Below, piece by piece: positions 41,861-51,080 of a stretch of 64,000 nucleotides of DNA. Position numbers and translations under genes: made by a program. The stretch lies in assembly GCA_963662465.1 (NCBI GenBank), contig OY759599.1:3552001-3616000 (forward strand). Direction: 5' to 3'. Within the stretch, counting starts at the first letter, position 1. Each line of letters opens with the position of its first letter. This stretch comes from Desulfatiglandales bacterium (lineage in GTDB: Bacteria; Desulfobacterota; DSM-4660; Desulfatiglandales; Desulfatiglandaceae). The notes under the pieces are model-generated. The model made no database searches. It was given only the letters and a program-made list of their open reading frames with translations, and was not told where the DNA came from.

Positions 41861-43252
41861 TTGACCGAGCTGAATTTGTTTGATTTCATAATCATCGGAT
41901 TTTACCTGGCCATGGTACTCACCGTGGGACTGCGGGCGGGACGTCGCGTCGGAAGTTTTGAAGAATATGCGGTTGAGGGACGCTCCTATTCGTCGTTTGT
42001 GGTCTTCGCAACCCTGTCGGCTTCTTTCATCGGCGGTGGATTCACCATGGGCAACGCCGAGAAAGTCTTCATCCTGGGCGTTGTGAGCGTGGTGGCGCTC
42101 TGGGAATTCAGCCTCAAGGAAATTCTGGTGGCAAAACTCATCGCACCGCGGATCGGTGCATTTCCCAACGCCATTTCCGTAGGCGACATCATGGTCCGTG
42201 ATTACGGACGATTGGGGAAGATCATTACCGGCATCTTCTCGGTTCTTCTGTGCGCGGGGATTCTCGGCGCCCAGATCGGGGGCATGGGTTACATGTTCAA
42301 CCTCTTTTTGGGGCTTCCCGTCTGGGCCGGCATTCTCATCGGTATGGGCATCATCATCCTTTACGACACCATTGGGGGCATGCGGGCCATTGTGGCGACG
42401 GATGTCGTGCAGTTTGTGGTTCTGGCCATCGGTGTTCCCATTTGTCTGATCATGGGTATCCGCGCCGTGGGCGGCATCGATGCGATTATGACGGCAGCGC
42501 CGCCCGGTCATTTCCAACTGTTCGGTTCCATCACGCCCGTACAGTTTGTTTCCCTGTTCCTGACGTTTCTATTCGGTGAGACATTGGTGCCCCCCTACGT
42601 GCGTCGCCTGTTCATCAGCCGCGATACCCAACGGATCGTACGCGGCACCTTTTGGAGCGGGATTTTCTCCGTGCCTTTCTTCGCGGTTTCGAGCGGCATC
42701 GGTCTGGTGGCGCTGACCATGAATCCCGGCTTGAACCCCAACCTTTCGCTGCCATACATCATCCAGTCGGCGCTGCCCGTAGGGCTTCGAGGTCTCGTGA
42801 TCGCCGGCCTGATATCGGTGGTCATGTCCTCGGCCGATTCATTCCTCAACTCGGCATCCATTTCCCTCATCAACAACATCGTCAATCCGCTTCGGCGTAC
42901 GCCGCTAAGCGACCGTGAGGGTCTCCGCTGGGCACGCATCCGCCACCCTGCTGACCGGTTCCTTCGCAGTGGTTTTCGCACTCAGGATCCAAAGTTTGCC
43001 GGATATCCTGATCTATGCCTATAATTTTTGGGCCCCCATCATAATGGTCCCCCTGGCGGGGCACTTCTGGGGCTACGAGCCCCAAAAGCGGCGTTCATTG
43101 CCGGGGCCACCGCGGGAATTGCGGGCGTCGCCATATGGAACGGACTGCTGGGGTTTCCGGGCGGGTTCGACGGTCTGGTCGTCGGGGTTTTCACCAATGC
43201 CCTCGCCTTTACCTCGACATACCTGTTGCGGGGACGGATGAAGCGGGACTGA
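41861..43252 (+). pseudogene. Sodium:solute symporter family gene with a +1 frameshift near 42940
   Basis: SSS motifs (GGMRAIVATDVVQF, MSSADSFLNS); WARI|ATLLTGSFAV continues in another frame to the stop at 43252; may be a sequencing error. Confidence 0.8.
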
Positions 43253-43304
43253 ACATTTCCATTTTTCGAGATCGACTCACGGTGGAAGTTGAAACATTTT
43301 GCAG

Positions 43305-43477
43305 ATGAGCAAAGGAAAACCGAGCGTGGGTATGAAAGAAAAAAAGCTACTGATCCGCAACAGTACGGCGGAGTTTCTCATTTTCACCGGTCAGGCGGGC
43401 GGCCAAAGCATTGAGGCCCGGTACGAAGACGAAACCATCTGGCTGACCCAGAAGCTGATGTCAACTCTTTTTGAGAA
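43305..43477 (+). pseudogene. 5' fragment of a RhuM-family gene, truncated against VR3
   Basis: LIRNSTAEFLIFT...YEDETIWLTQKLM...LF matches the RhuM N-terminus; similarity ends where VR3 begins. Confidence 0.75.
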
Positions 43478-43684
43478 GAAAAGTAGGCGTAGGGACTACT
43501 CGAACAGTAATTGGACGAGCGACACTCCGGAAAATACGTCGTATCAATGCTGGGATTCACCGCCCGCATCATAACACTTCTCTATCCCCGTATCCGGTAA
43601 TTTGTAATCCCCGGCCACCACGCCGCCCCACAGACCCGTCAACAGCACCAGGCAACACCCCATCTCCACCACAACCTTTTTCAT
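43478..43684 (-). pseudogene. Decayed DGR target 3 (paralog of target 1) with internal deletion and partial VR3 (43478-43524)
   Basis: MKKVVVEMGCCLVLLTGLWGGVVAGDYKLPDTGIEKCYDAG is joined to NPSIDTTYFPECRSSNYCSSSPYAYF; shares the RBS region with 53599-54171. Confidence 0.85.
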
Positions 43685-43727
43685 TGCGTACCTCCTGTTT
43701 CTCATTCTGCCTTCCATAGGTGCTACT

Positions 43728-43803
43728 GTAGGTGCGGCTTTAGCCGCACAGCCAAACCCCCAAACGACCCCGATCCCCACTGTGCGGCTAAAGCCGCACC
43801 TAC
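43728..43803. repeat. GTAG-type REP doublet (REPIN-like)
   Basis: GTAGGTGCGGCTTTAGCCGCAC ... GTGCGGCTAAAGCCGCACCTAC. Confidence 0.8.
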
Positions 43804-43823
43804 AATCGCACTTGCTGCTTCCC

Positions 43824-44759
43824 CTATTGCGCCTCAGCCAACCGTTTCTCATCCGCCCATCGGCGCATCTCATCCAGGCTCTCCGCATCAAGAAACCGTT
43901 CCCCCAATTCCTCTATGGCGTCGGCATTCAAACCCTCGAACATGGGTTTGGCCATATCAGCGCCAACTCGAAAACGTTTAGCAATCAGCCGGCATAAAAG
44001 CGATATGCTCCCATCTTCTCTCCCAATTCTCTCGACACTCGTCACGTAAGGCATCTTTTTTCCCTCCTCATACTTTGACAATTCTTTCCAAAACAACCGT
44101 TCATGAGCTGCTGGAAGAGCCATCAGCCAATCAATGAACCGAAATAATTTGACGATATCCGCGCGGCTGTAACCGGCTGTATAGAGCTCTTTCACCAAAG
44201 CAAATTTGCGCTTGAAAAGTTCATCAGGGTCCTTCCCGCTTTCCAAAACCGACAAATGGGCGCGAACCACCACAACAAATGGATTCCCTTCTGCATCCGA
44301 CAAAAGCTCGGGCTTTGCCTGGTAATCCAGAAGCTTGACAACCGGGTAACGAAACCGCATTTCGCAGCCCCATAGGCTATAGGTGAACGCCTCGGGACGC
44401 CATTTCTTCGAATCATCCGCCAGAACCGCAAGGCTTACGACCCGCCGGTGGTACCGATCAAAAATCCGGTAATGGTAAACAAACATCCTTTCTTCAAAAT
44501 CCGTGTCCACCTGAGCCTGCACCTCGATATGCACCAGTATCCAGGCCTCCAGACCATCCAGAAGCCATATTTTCACCAGTTTATCCACAGTGCGCCTGCC
44601 CACCTCCGCATCGCGGGTAATCTGCCGAAGTTCCTTCTCCAGAAACGCATAGCCCCTTTCCCAATCGATCTGTTGGTGGGCCTCTGGGAAAAACAGCGAC
44701 ATGAACGGCTCGAAATAAACTTCCAGGATTTCTTTCCAGGGCGAATCAAAATCAGTCAT
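43824..44759 (-). CDS. Rpn/YhgA-like PD-(D/E)XK protein, copy 1
   Basis: DSPWKE, VDKLVK, LVHIEVQ, FEERMFVYHYRIFDRY, MPYVTSVERIG. Confidence 0.8.
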   Translation of the reverse strand: MTDFDSPWKEILEVYFEPFMSLFFPEAHQQIDWERGYAFLEKELRQITRDAEVGRRTVDKLVKIWLLDGLEAWILVHIEVQAQVDTDFEERMFVYHYRIFDRYHRRVVSLAVLADDSKKWRPEAFTYSLWGCEMRFRYPVVKLLDYQAKPELLSDAEGNPFVVVVRAHLSVLESGKDPDELFKRKFALVKELYTAGYSRADIVKLFRFIDWLMALPAAHERLFWKELSKYEEGKKMPYVTSVERIGREDGSISLLCRLIAKRFRVGADMAKPMFEGLNADAIEELGERFLDAESLDEMRRWADEKRLAEAQ

Positions 44760-45232
44760 GTTGAAATACCTCTTAAAAGCAGTCCGATTGTTGGCTTATG
44801 CTTGTTTTTAGGCTGGAGAAACCGTTCCCTGCTGTTTGATCTGCATGAAAAAAGCCTCATGTATAGTAACTTTTAATACTTTACTTTCTATCAGATCATT
44901 TCCAAAAGTCAATGGAGCTTTTTCGGGGGGTTCGGAATAAAGTGAGAAGAGGGGTTTTCAGCCTCGACCGGTACAGAGAGACCGAAAGACCCATGGAAAA
45001 ACCGACAAAACCAATGTGCAGGGTAAAAGACATCCTAGCGACATCCCTTTGCGCAATTTAGGCTGGCCCCCGTCCCTACCGGCTTTCTTTTCTCCATAAA
45101 AGCCCTCGCTCCTCCCTGTGATCATCCAATTCCCGGAATATGGCAGCGAGTGCTTCCTTATGTTGACCTAAATCACATGACAAGGGGGTCTATTATCCCC
45201 TCTCTCCCCTTCCCACTATCTCCGAAACCTCC

Positions 45233-48200
45233 CTACTGACTCATCTTCACAACCGACCCTTCCCTGGCTTCCATCTTGCTCTTAACCACGATATCGCTCG
45301 ATTTAAAGGTGGCCCGCGCCCCGCTTTCAATCACCACATTGGGACCTACGGTAAGCGATGTCGTGCCCGTACAGGTGCAGTCGGTGCCAGTCTTGAAGGT
45401 CTCGTCATGGACCGTCGGGTTGGCGCCGGAGCAATCGGGGCAACCGGCGGTGGTGAGCGTCTTGAAGGAACGGTTTTCCCCGTAGGCAGTGCCTGCGCTG
45501 TTGGTGGCGTAGGCACGGACGTAGTAAGTGGTCTCCTCGCTCAGTCCTGTGATGGCACAGGTAAACGCACCCGTACCCGATCCCGATGGGACCGGATGGT
45601 CACTGACAGTGGGATCTGTTGACGTACTCCAGCAGACGCCTCTGGCCGTCACCTCCGGAGCCCCTTCTTCCGTTGAAACGGTGCCGCCCCCGGTGGCGCT
45701 GGTGGAAGCGATGTCCGTGGGGGCCTTGGTGGTCACAGTGGGAAGGCTCTCTCCAGCTTCTTTCAACAGTACGGTCGAGGTATTATTCTCCTTGCTGTAT
45801 TCGGGGGTTTCATCATTTGCATTGACCACCAGATAGATGCTGGTAGCAGCGGTCACATTCTCCACAAACAACTCCCCTTCCATAGATACGCCCACCGCCA
45901 GGGCTGAAATATCCACGGTTTTGAGGATCTCCCCATCGACGGTGTTTTTGCGAAACACCAGGTGGGTGGCGCCCGACGGCAGGACCCCGGTGTTTCGCAC
46001 CCCGGCCTTGACAGAAAACTCTGTATCGGACACCCGGGTTTTGGAAACGGAAACCAGGCCCAAATCCGGAAGGGTCATCACCCGGCTCGCCTTGTTGTTG
46101 GTCCGGTCCCCGTCTTCAAAGGTGTTATCGGGGTCCACGATCACGTACAGGGTCAAAGGGGATGCCGTGGCCGCGGGAACCGTCCAGGTCAATTGAACCT
46201 GTTCGCTTGCGCCCGGCTCCAGGGTCTGGGCCGTTTGCGTGCGACCGATCTCGGTACCGCCGGTCGCCGGATCTCCATTGTAGAAGGCCGCAGGAATACT
46301 GTTTTCAGGGATATCGCCGGCATTCACCACATTGACCGTAAGGAGTACCGAATTCCCGGGGGCAGGATTCCCCGGTGCCGCCAGGAAAGTGCCTGCACCC
46401 ACGCTCAGATCGCCGGTCATGGCATATTGGGCCATATACAGGTCCGTCTGGATGAGGACAGGCTGTTCGTAGGAAACGGTTGCGCCGTAAGCCGTCCGTC
46501 GGCTCATCTGTTCCACCTGCACCACGGTTCGGTCATAGACCACCATAAGGGTCTTTTCCGCGGAAAAGGCTGCGGTCATTTGCTGTTCCGTCTCCGGGTC
46601 ATTCGTTAACTGCCGAGGGGCTCCCCACATGTCAAAGAGCGGGTCGTAGAACACCGCAAACAGGTCCGAACTGAATTCCAACGGCTCGGCCCATACCAGG
46701 GCCATGCGGCCGTCGGGCGTGTGGGCCATGGAAAAATCCGCCAGATTGCTGGAATATTCGCCTTCCAGAATGGTGGTCACCGCGTTTGATTGAAAATTCT
46801 TCTCGCTTACCAGGTCGCCGCCCCGCAGCCAGGCCATAATGAAATCCCCGCTGGGATCGATGGCCAGTTTCGGGTTTTCATCGGGCACGCTGTCATTGGT
46901 CAACCGTTCGAGAGCGCCCCAGGCGCCGGAGGAATAGGTCATGGAAAACAATTCCCGATCATCCACGGTTTCCGGATCATTATCCGCATCCAGGCTCAGC
47001 ACCGCATACCCGGTTGTACCGTCGTAAGCCAGGTCGTATTTGATCATGCCGTAGGGAATTTCCCCTGCCTGCCGCGGGTCGGTCCAGGAAGTGCCATTCC
47101 AGCGGGACCACCACAAGGTGTTGGGGGCTTCGGCATCACCCCGAATATCGTTTGCCGTATTAGCGATCCATACCAAAAGCACATCATCGGATGTGGGACC
47201 TGACAGTCTCGGGCTTCGGTCCAGGTAGTTGTTTTGGGTCAATTTTGAAATGTCCGTCCAGCCGGCGCCGGCATCATAGCGGGCCACGGAGATCTCCAGG
47301 TATTTCACCATATCTTCAAACTGCGCGTCATCGGGCATGACCTGCCCCTCATTTTCCCAGGCCAGGAGGCTGTTGCCGTCTGAATAGGCTTCCAGATCGG
47401 AGTTGAAATCCGCCGTGCCGTCATCTGAAACCGCCGCATACTCGCTCCAGTTGGCGCCGTTCCAGGCTGAGGATACCAGGACGGTGCGGTTGAGGGCAGT
47501 GCGGGTCGGATCGTCATAGAGCCATGTGAGCCGGACATTTCCGGTGGCGGCCGAGAGACACGATTCCGAATAGGGAAAGACCTCTCGCTGTACCGAGGAA
47601 AGCCTGGCAGCTCCTGCCTGGCGCGTGATGATTCTGCCGGCTGTGAAATCGCCGTATTCGGTGCTTTCCAGGTAGTTTCGCGAGGTCCATCGGGGTGTAA
47701 CGGGGTTGTTTTGAACAGAAAACATCATACTGTCGGCATCGCCGCCGTACTCCCAGTCCCAGCGGAGCAGCTCGTTTTCCCAGCTCCACAAAAAAAGGTA
47801 AGCGCTGTACCCGCCGTTCAGGTATATGGTCAGATCGGCAAGGGTGGGCTCTTGAGGAAACTGAAGACCAAAGTCGGCGCCGCCCCCAATCCAGCCCTCC
47901 ACCGCAATGACCGAATCGGCCCCAACTCCAAGGGAACCCCTGGCGTATGGTGAAACGCCAAATATGCCATTGATTTTGAAGGGACTCAAATCCACAATCC
48001 CCAGAGACGCATCAACACTTGCATTCACTGAAGCCTTGCCGTACATGGGGATCAACACGGGACCTACCGCCACAACAAAAGGCCAGGATTCCTTGGCCTC
48101 TCCCGAGCCCTTAATAGTCAGATATCCTTCCCAGTCCCAGGCGCATGAAGAACTGAAGTATTCCGCCTCAGCATCGAGGGCCACCTTGAACTCGACTTTC

Positions 48201-49747
48201 TTGCCCATAATTTTGAACTCCGCCAGCTTGCCGGTCTCAAGAGATGCCTCGCAGGTTCCGTGGCTGTCCACCTTGGCGCTGATGCGAGGCAGCCATTCCA
48301 GTTTGAATGCCTTATCACCGAACAGAGGAATCTCTGCGGGAATCACGCCCACGTCAACACCTGCCTTAATTCCATCGCTGTTAAAACCCATTTCAGTTTG
48401 GTAGAAAAACCCATCGCCCAAATCCAGTCCTTTTAACATCACGGGAAAGGGCTTGCCCGCCACCACCAGAGGCGCTTGCTTTTCAGCGGAAACGGCCCCA
48501 TCCGAGGAAACGGCCTTCACCTTCAAGCCGTTGCAGTTCCCGAATTCAGAGCCCATATTGAAGGTTTTGGATGCGGTCGTTCCGCCGGTGGCCACTTCAT
48601 GGGTGGTTGTGGGGGTAATGAAAAGTACCTTCTGCGGTGTGTGTCCGCCCCAGTCCACATTGGCGGTGTAGGTGGCATTGTAGTCCACCCCGTCAAGGTA
48701 AACCACATCCCCGTCATAGCGGGAAGTGATGTCCGTCACCACGATGCCGCCCGAAGAAGCGGTTTGCAATCGAAAATCCTGACGGACGGTTGCGCCGGAA
48801 GGGAGATACACGGACTGCACCGTATCCGCATAACCGGATTTCTTGACAGTAACGGTGTGATCCCCCGACGAAAGGCCTTGAACCGTATACCGGCCACTGC
48901 CGTCGGTGGTGGTTGAAAACCCGGTGCCGCTGACGGTGGCGATGGAAAGGGCGCTGTTGTCGGATTTGTCGTACACATACCCTTCCAGGGTTGCCGTACC
49001 TCCGCCGGTGCTGGTAATTTCATAAGTGACTACATTGCTTTTCCCGCCCGTTCCGCCGTCAATGGCCCACCATTCATACTGCCCTGCCGGGCGATCCCAG
49101 GGCACGGTGTAGGAGATTTCAAACCGGCCGTAAGCATTCACCCCCACCTCCTGGGTGGGGAATTCGGAGCCATCCGGCTTTTGGAAATGCAAAACAGCAA
49201 CCGTATAAGGGGTGAACCCCATACCCCACTGGGTCAGAACACCGCTGGGAGATGCGGACAACGGGGATTGGCCGATCAAATAATCAAATGATCCAGATGG
49301 TCCGGCGCGCACACAACGAACATAGTAGTGGTTGGCCTTATTGTTGAAGTCCACGTAGCCGTAGTAGAAAAAGACGGACCACGCGTAGTACGAATAGTTG
49401 GCGTAGGGACTACTCGACCAGTAAACGGACGAGCGACACTCCGGAAAATACGTCGTATCGATGGCGGGATTATAACGGTCCCAGGCAACCAGCGTCTCCA
49501 GCTCCCGCACATTGGGCAGTCGCCAGTCCGAATGTCCGCCCGGGGAAAGGTTCTCGCAATAGTCCAGGGCTTCCTCCCAGGTGCGGGTCATCCCATCGTC
49601 GCTCTGCTGCCACATCAGGCCGGTCACGGAATCGGAAACCGTGCCGTTGCCGTTGTCGTTGAACGCGGCAAACACGGTTCCGCCGCTGTACAGCAGAATG
49701 CTTGCCAGCAAAACACACGCGCACGCCAAAGTTCTTTTTCTTCTCAT
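45233..49747 (-). CDS. DGR target 2: 1504-aa secreted multidomain protein (signal peptide, N-terminal DUF1566 with VR2, Ig/carboxypeptidase-regulatory-like, CARDB-like x2, FN3-like, Cys-containing C-terminal domain)
   Basis: DNGNGTVSDSVTGLMWQQ...DWRLPNVREL...YWSSS...AW.V.F...YVRCVR at about aa 30-148; TTYYVRAYATNSAGTAYG near the C-terminus. Confidence 0.88.
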   Translation of the reverse strand: MRRKRTLACACVLLASILLYSGGTVFAAFNDNGNGTVSDSVTGLMWQQSDDGMTRTWEEALDYCENLSPGGHSDWRLPNVRELETLVAWDRYNPAIDTTYFPECRSSVYWSSSPYANYSYYAWSVFFYYGYVDFNNKANHYYVRCVRAGPSGSFDYLIGQSPLSASPSGVLTQWGMGFTPYTVAVLHFQKPDGSEFPTQEVGVNAYGRFEISYTVPWDRPAGQYEWWAIDGGTGGKSNVVTYEITSTGGGTATLEGYVYDKSDNSALSIATVSGTGFSTTTDGSGRYTVQGLSSGDHTVTVKKSGYADTVQSVYLPSGATVRQDFRLQTASSGGIVVTDITSRYDGDVVYLDGVDYNATYTANVDWGGHTPQKVLFITPTTTHEVATGGTTASKTFNMGSEFGNCNGLKVKAVSSDGAVSAEKQAPLVVAGKPFPVMLKGLDLGDGFFYQTEMGFNSDGIKAGVDVGVIPAEIPLFGDKAFKLEWLPRISAKVDSHGTCEASLETGKLAEFKIMGKKVEFKVALDAEAEYFSSSCAWDWEGYLTIKGSGEAKESWPFVVAVGPVLIPMYGKASVNASVDASLGIVDLSPFKINGIFGVSPYARGSLGVGADSVIAVEGWIGGGADFGLQFPQEPTLADLTIYLNGGYSAYLFLWSWENELLRWDWEYGGDADSMMFSVQNNPVTPRWTSRNYLESTEYGDFTAGRIITRQAGAARLSSVQREVFPYSESCLSAATGNVRLTWLYDDPTRTALNRTVLVSSAWNGANWSEYAAVSDDGTADFNSDLEAYSDGNSLLAWENEGQVMPDDAQFEDMVKYLEISVARYDAGAGWTDISKLTQNNYLDRSPRLSGPTSDDVLLVWIANTANDIRGDAEAPNTLWWSRWNGTSWTDPRQAGEIPYGMIKYDLAYDGTTGYAVLSLDADNDPETVDDRELFSMTYSSGAWGALERLTNDSVPDENPKLAIDPSGDFIMAWLRGGDLVSEKNFQSNAVTTILEGEYSSNLADFSMAHTPDGRMALVWAEPLEFSSDLFAVFYDPLFDMWGAPRQLTNDPETEQQMTAAFSAEKTLMVVYDRTVVQVEQMSRRTAYGATVSYEQPVLIQTDLYMAQYAMTGDLSVGAGTFLAAPGNPAPGNSVLLTVNVVNAGDIPENSIPAAFYNGDPATGGTEIGRTQTAQTLEPGASEQVQLTWTVPAATASPLTLYVIVDPDNTFEDGDRTNNKASRVMTLPDLGLVSVSKTRVSDTEFSVKAGVRNTGVLPSGATHLVFRKNTVDGEILKTVDISALAVGVSMEGELFVENVTAATSIYLVVNANDETPEYSKENNTSTVLLKEAGESLPTVTTKAPTDIASTSATGGGTVSTEEGAPEVTARGVCWSTSTDPTVSDHPVPSGSGTGAFTCAITGLSEETTYYVRAYATNSAGTAYGENRSFKTLTTAGCPDCSGANPTVHDETFKTGTDCTCTGTTSLTVGPNVVIESGARATFKSSDIVVKSKMEAREGSVVKMSQ
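49299..49438 (-). repeat. DGR variable repeat VR2 (codons 104-150 of target 2)
   Basis: Matches the surviving TR except 14 substitutions in AAY codons plus 1 at the TR break, all at TR adenines. Confidence 0.95.
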
Positions 49748-49750
49748 CTT

Positions 49751-51072
49751 TCAAACCTCCCGGCAATTTTTCATCTGTTCCAATCCACAAATCATTTTCC
49801 CCCGAAAAAGCTTCACCAGCCTGCGATGCACCATCCCATCCAGCGTCTTTTCCGCTCGAATCAGGGCAACATGATACCCGGCATTCAAAGCCTTCATCAG
49901 AAAACGGCCCAGCCACCGCCGATGGAAGCCGCACCCATACCGAAATCCTCGAAGACCCAAAACCGGTTTGAGACCCAAAACATTCCGGGCCAGCCACGCC
50001 TGATAACCATAAAACTCATAAAAGAGGCCGACCGGGAAAAAAATCAGCGCTTTTGTTTCAAAACCTCCCCCGGTCCACAGCGGATAAAAATGCCCCCGGA
50101 CTCCGGGCGCGACCGCGCTTCCCTTTTCAGGCGCCCACCAGCGATAGGCAGCCCGGAAGGTCGCATTTTTTCCCGGCGGCGCATACCTCGGAATAAGCCG
50201 CCCGTCGTCCAGGATAAAAGCGGCCCTCAACACCGCATGTTTTTCAAAAAGCTTCAGTACAAGACCATGCGTATCCGCCCACGAAAAATGCCCGAGATAA
50301 GAGGCTGTCACGGCGCGCAAGGCGTCCATGGTCAAAACAGGGTACTGCCAGGCTCTGATTTCCCGCCCCCTGCCGCTTACAGGAACCGGCTCCGCCAAGC
50401 ATTTTTCAAAATTCGCCAGTTTCTCCTTAAAATGGTTCACCACCCGCCGCCGGGCCAGCACATAACGTCGGCGAACAATATAACCCAAAAAATCAATCCC
50501 CGATGAGACCGGACGGAGGCGGTCCTGCTGCACGTTGGGCCGAAGCAACAGTTCTTCCCTCAAAAACCCTTCAATGGTCTCCCGCCATCTCATCAGCTTT
50601 TGAGGGGACGGATCCAGCAGCAAAAAGTCATCGCAATACCGGATATAATACTTGCATTTCAGCCGATGTTTCACAAACTGATCCAGCTCATTCAAATACA
50701 CATTGGCAAAAAACTGCGAACTGAGGTTTCCGATGGGAAGCCCCTTGCCGGAAGGCACCTTAAAAAGAGTCTTGTGCGGCGGTATGCGCTCCAACAACCG
50801 TTCATTACCCTTGAACCGGTAATCCACGGTGCAATCGTGAAATATCATCACCTGCGTCAGCCACAGCGCATCCTCCCGTTTGATTTTCTTTTTGATGAGC
50901 CGGCAGAGAATCTCCTTGTCCACGTTCATGAAAAACCCGGCCACATCGGCCTTCAAATAGGAGATCCGTTGGGTTCCGTTTTTCGTGGCGCGGTTCAAAA
51001 ACTCCCGGAGCCGAGAAACGCGGCGTGGACGCCCTTCCCTTTCCGGCATGCATAGGAATCATAAATAAACAT
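49751..51072 (-). pseudogene. DGR reverse transcriptase: N-terminally truncated, frameshifted near 51020, with a C-terminal MutS-I-like domain
   Basis: FIYDSYACRKGKGVHA, YLKADVAGFF, GLPIGNLSSQFFANVYLNELD (DGR-type SQ), YIRYCDDF (YCDD at 50627-50638), GIDFLGY. Confidence 0.92.
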
Positions 51073-51080
51073 CTTATTGT

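Noticed and set aside
49328..50506. 392-aa plus-strand ORF
   Set aside because: Antisense shadow of the RT and target 2, with no recognisable motifs.
49751..51072. RT as a group II intron, retron or Abi-type RT
   Set aside because: It has the DGR-type GxxxSQ motif, adjacent avd and TR/VR pairs; I saw no maturase/HNH domain or msr-msd-like arrangement.
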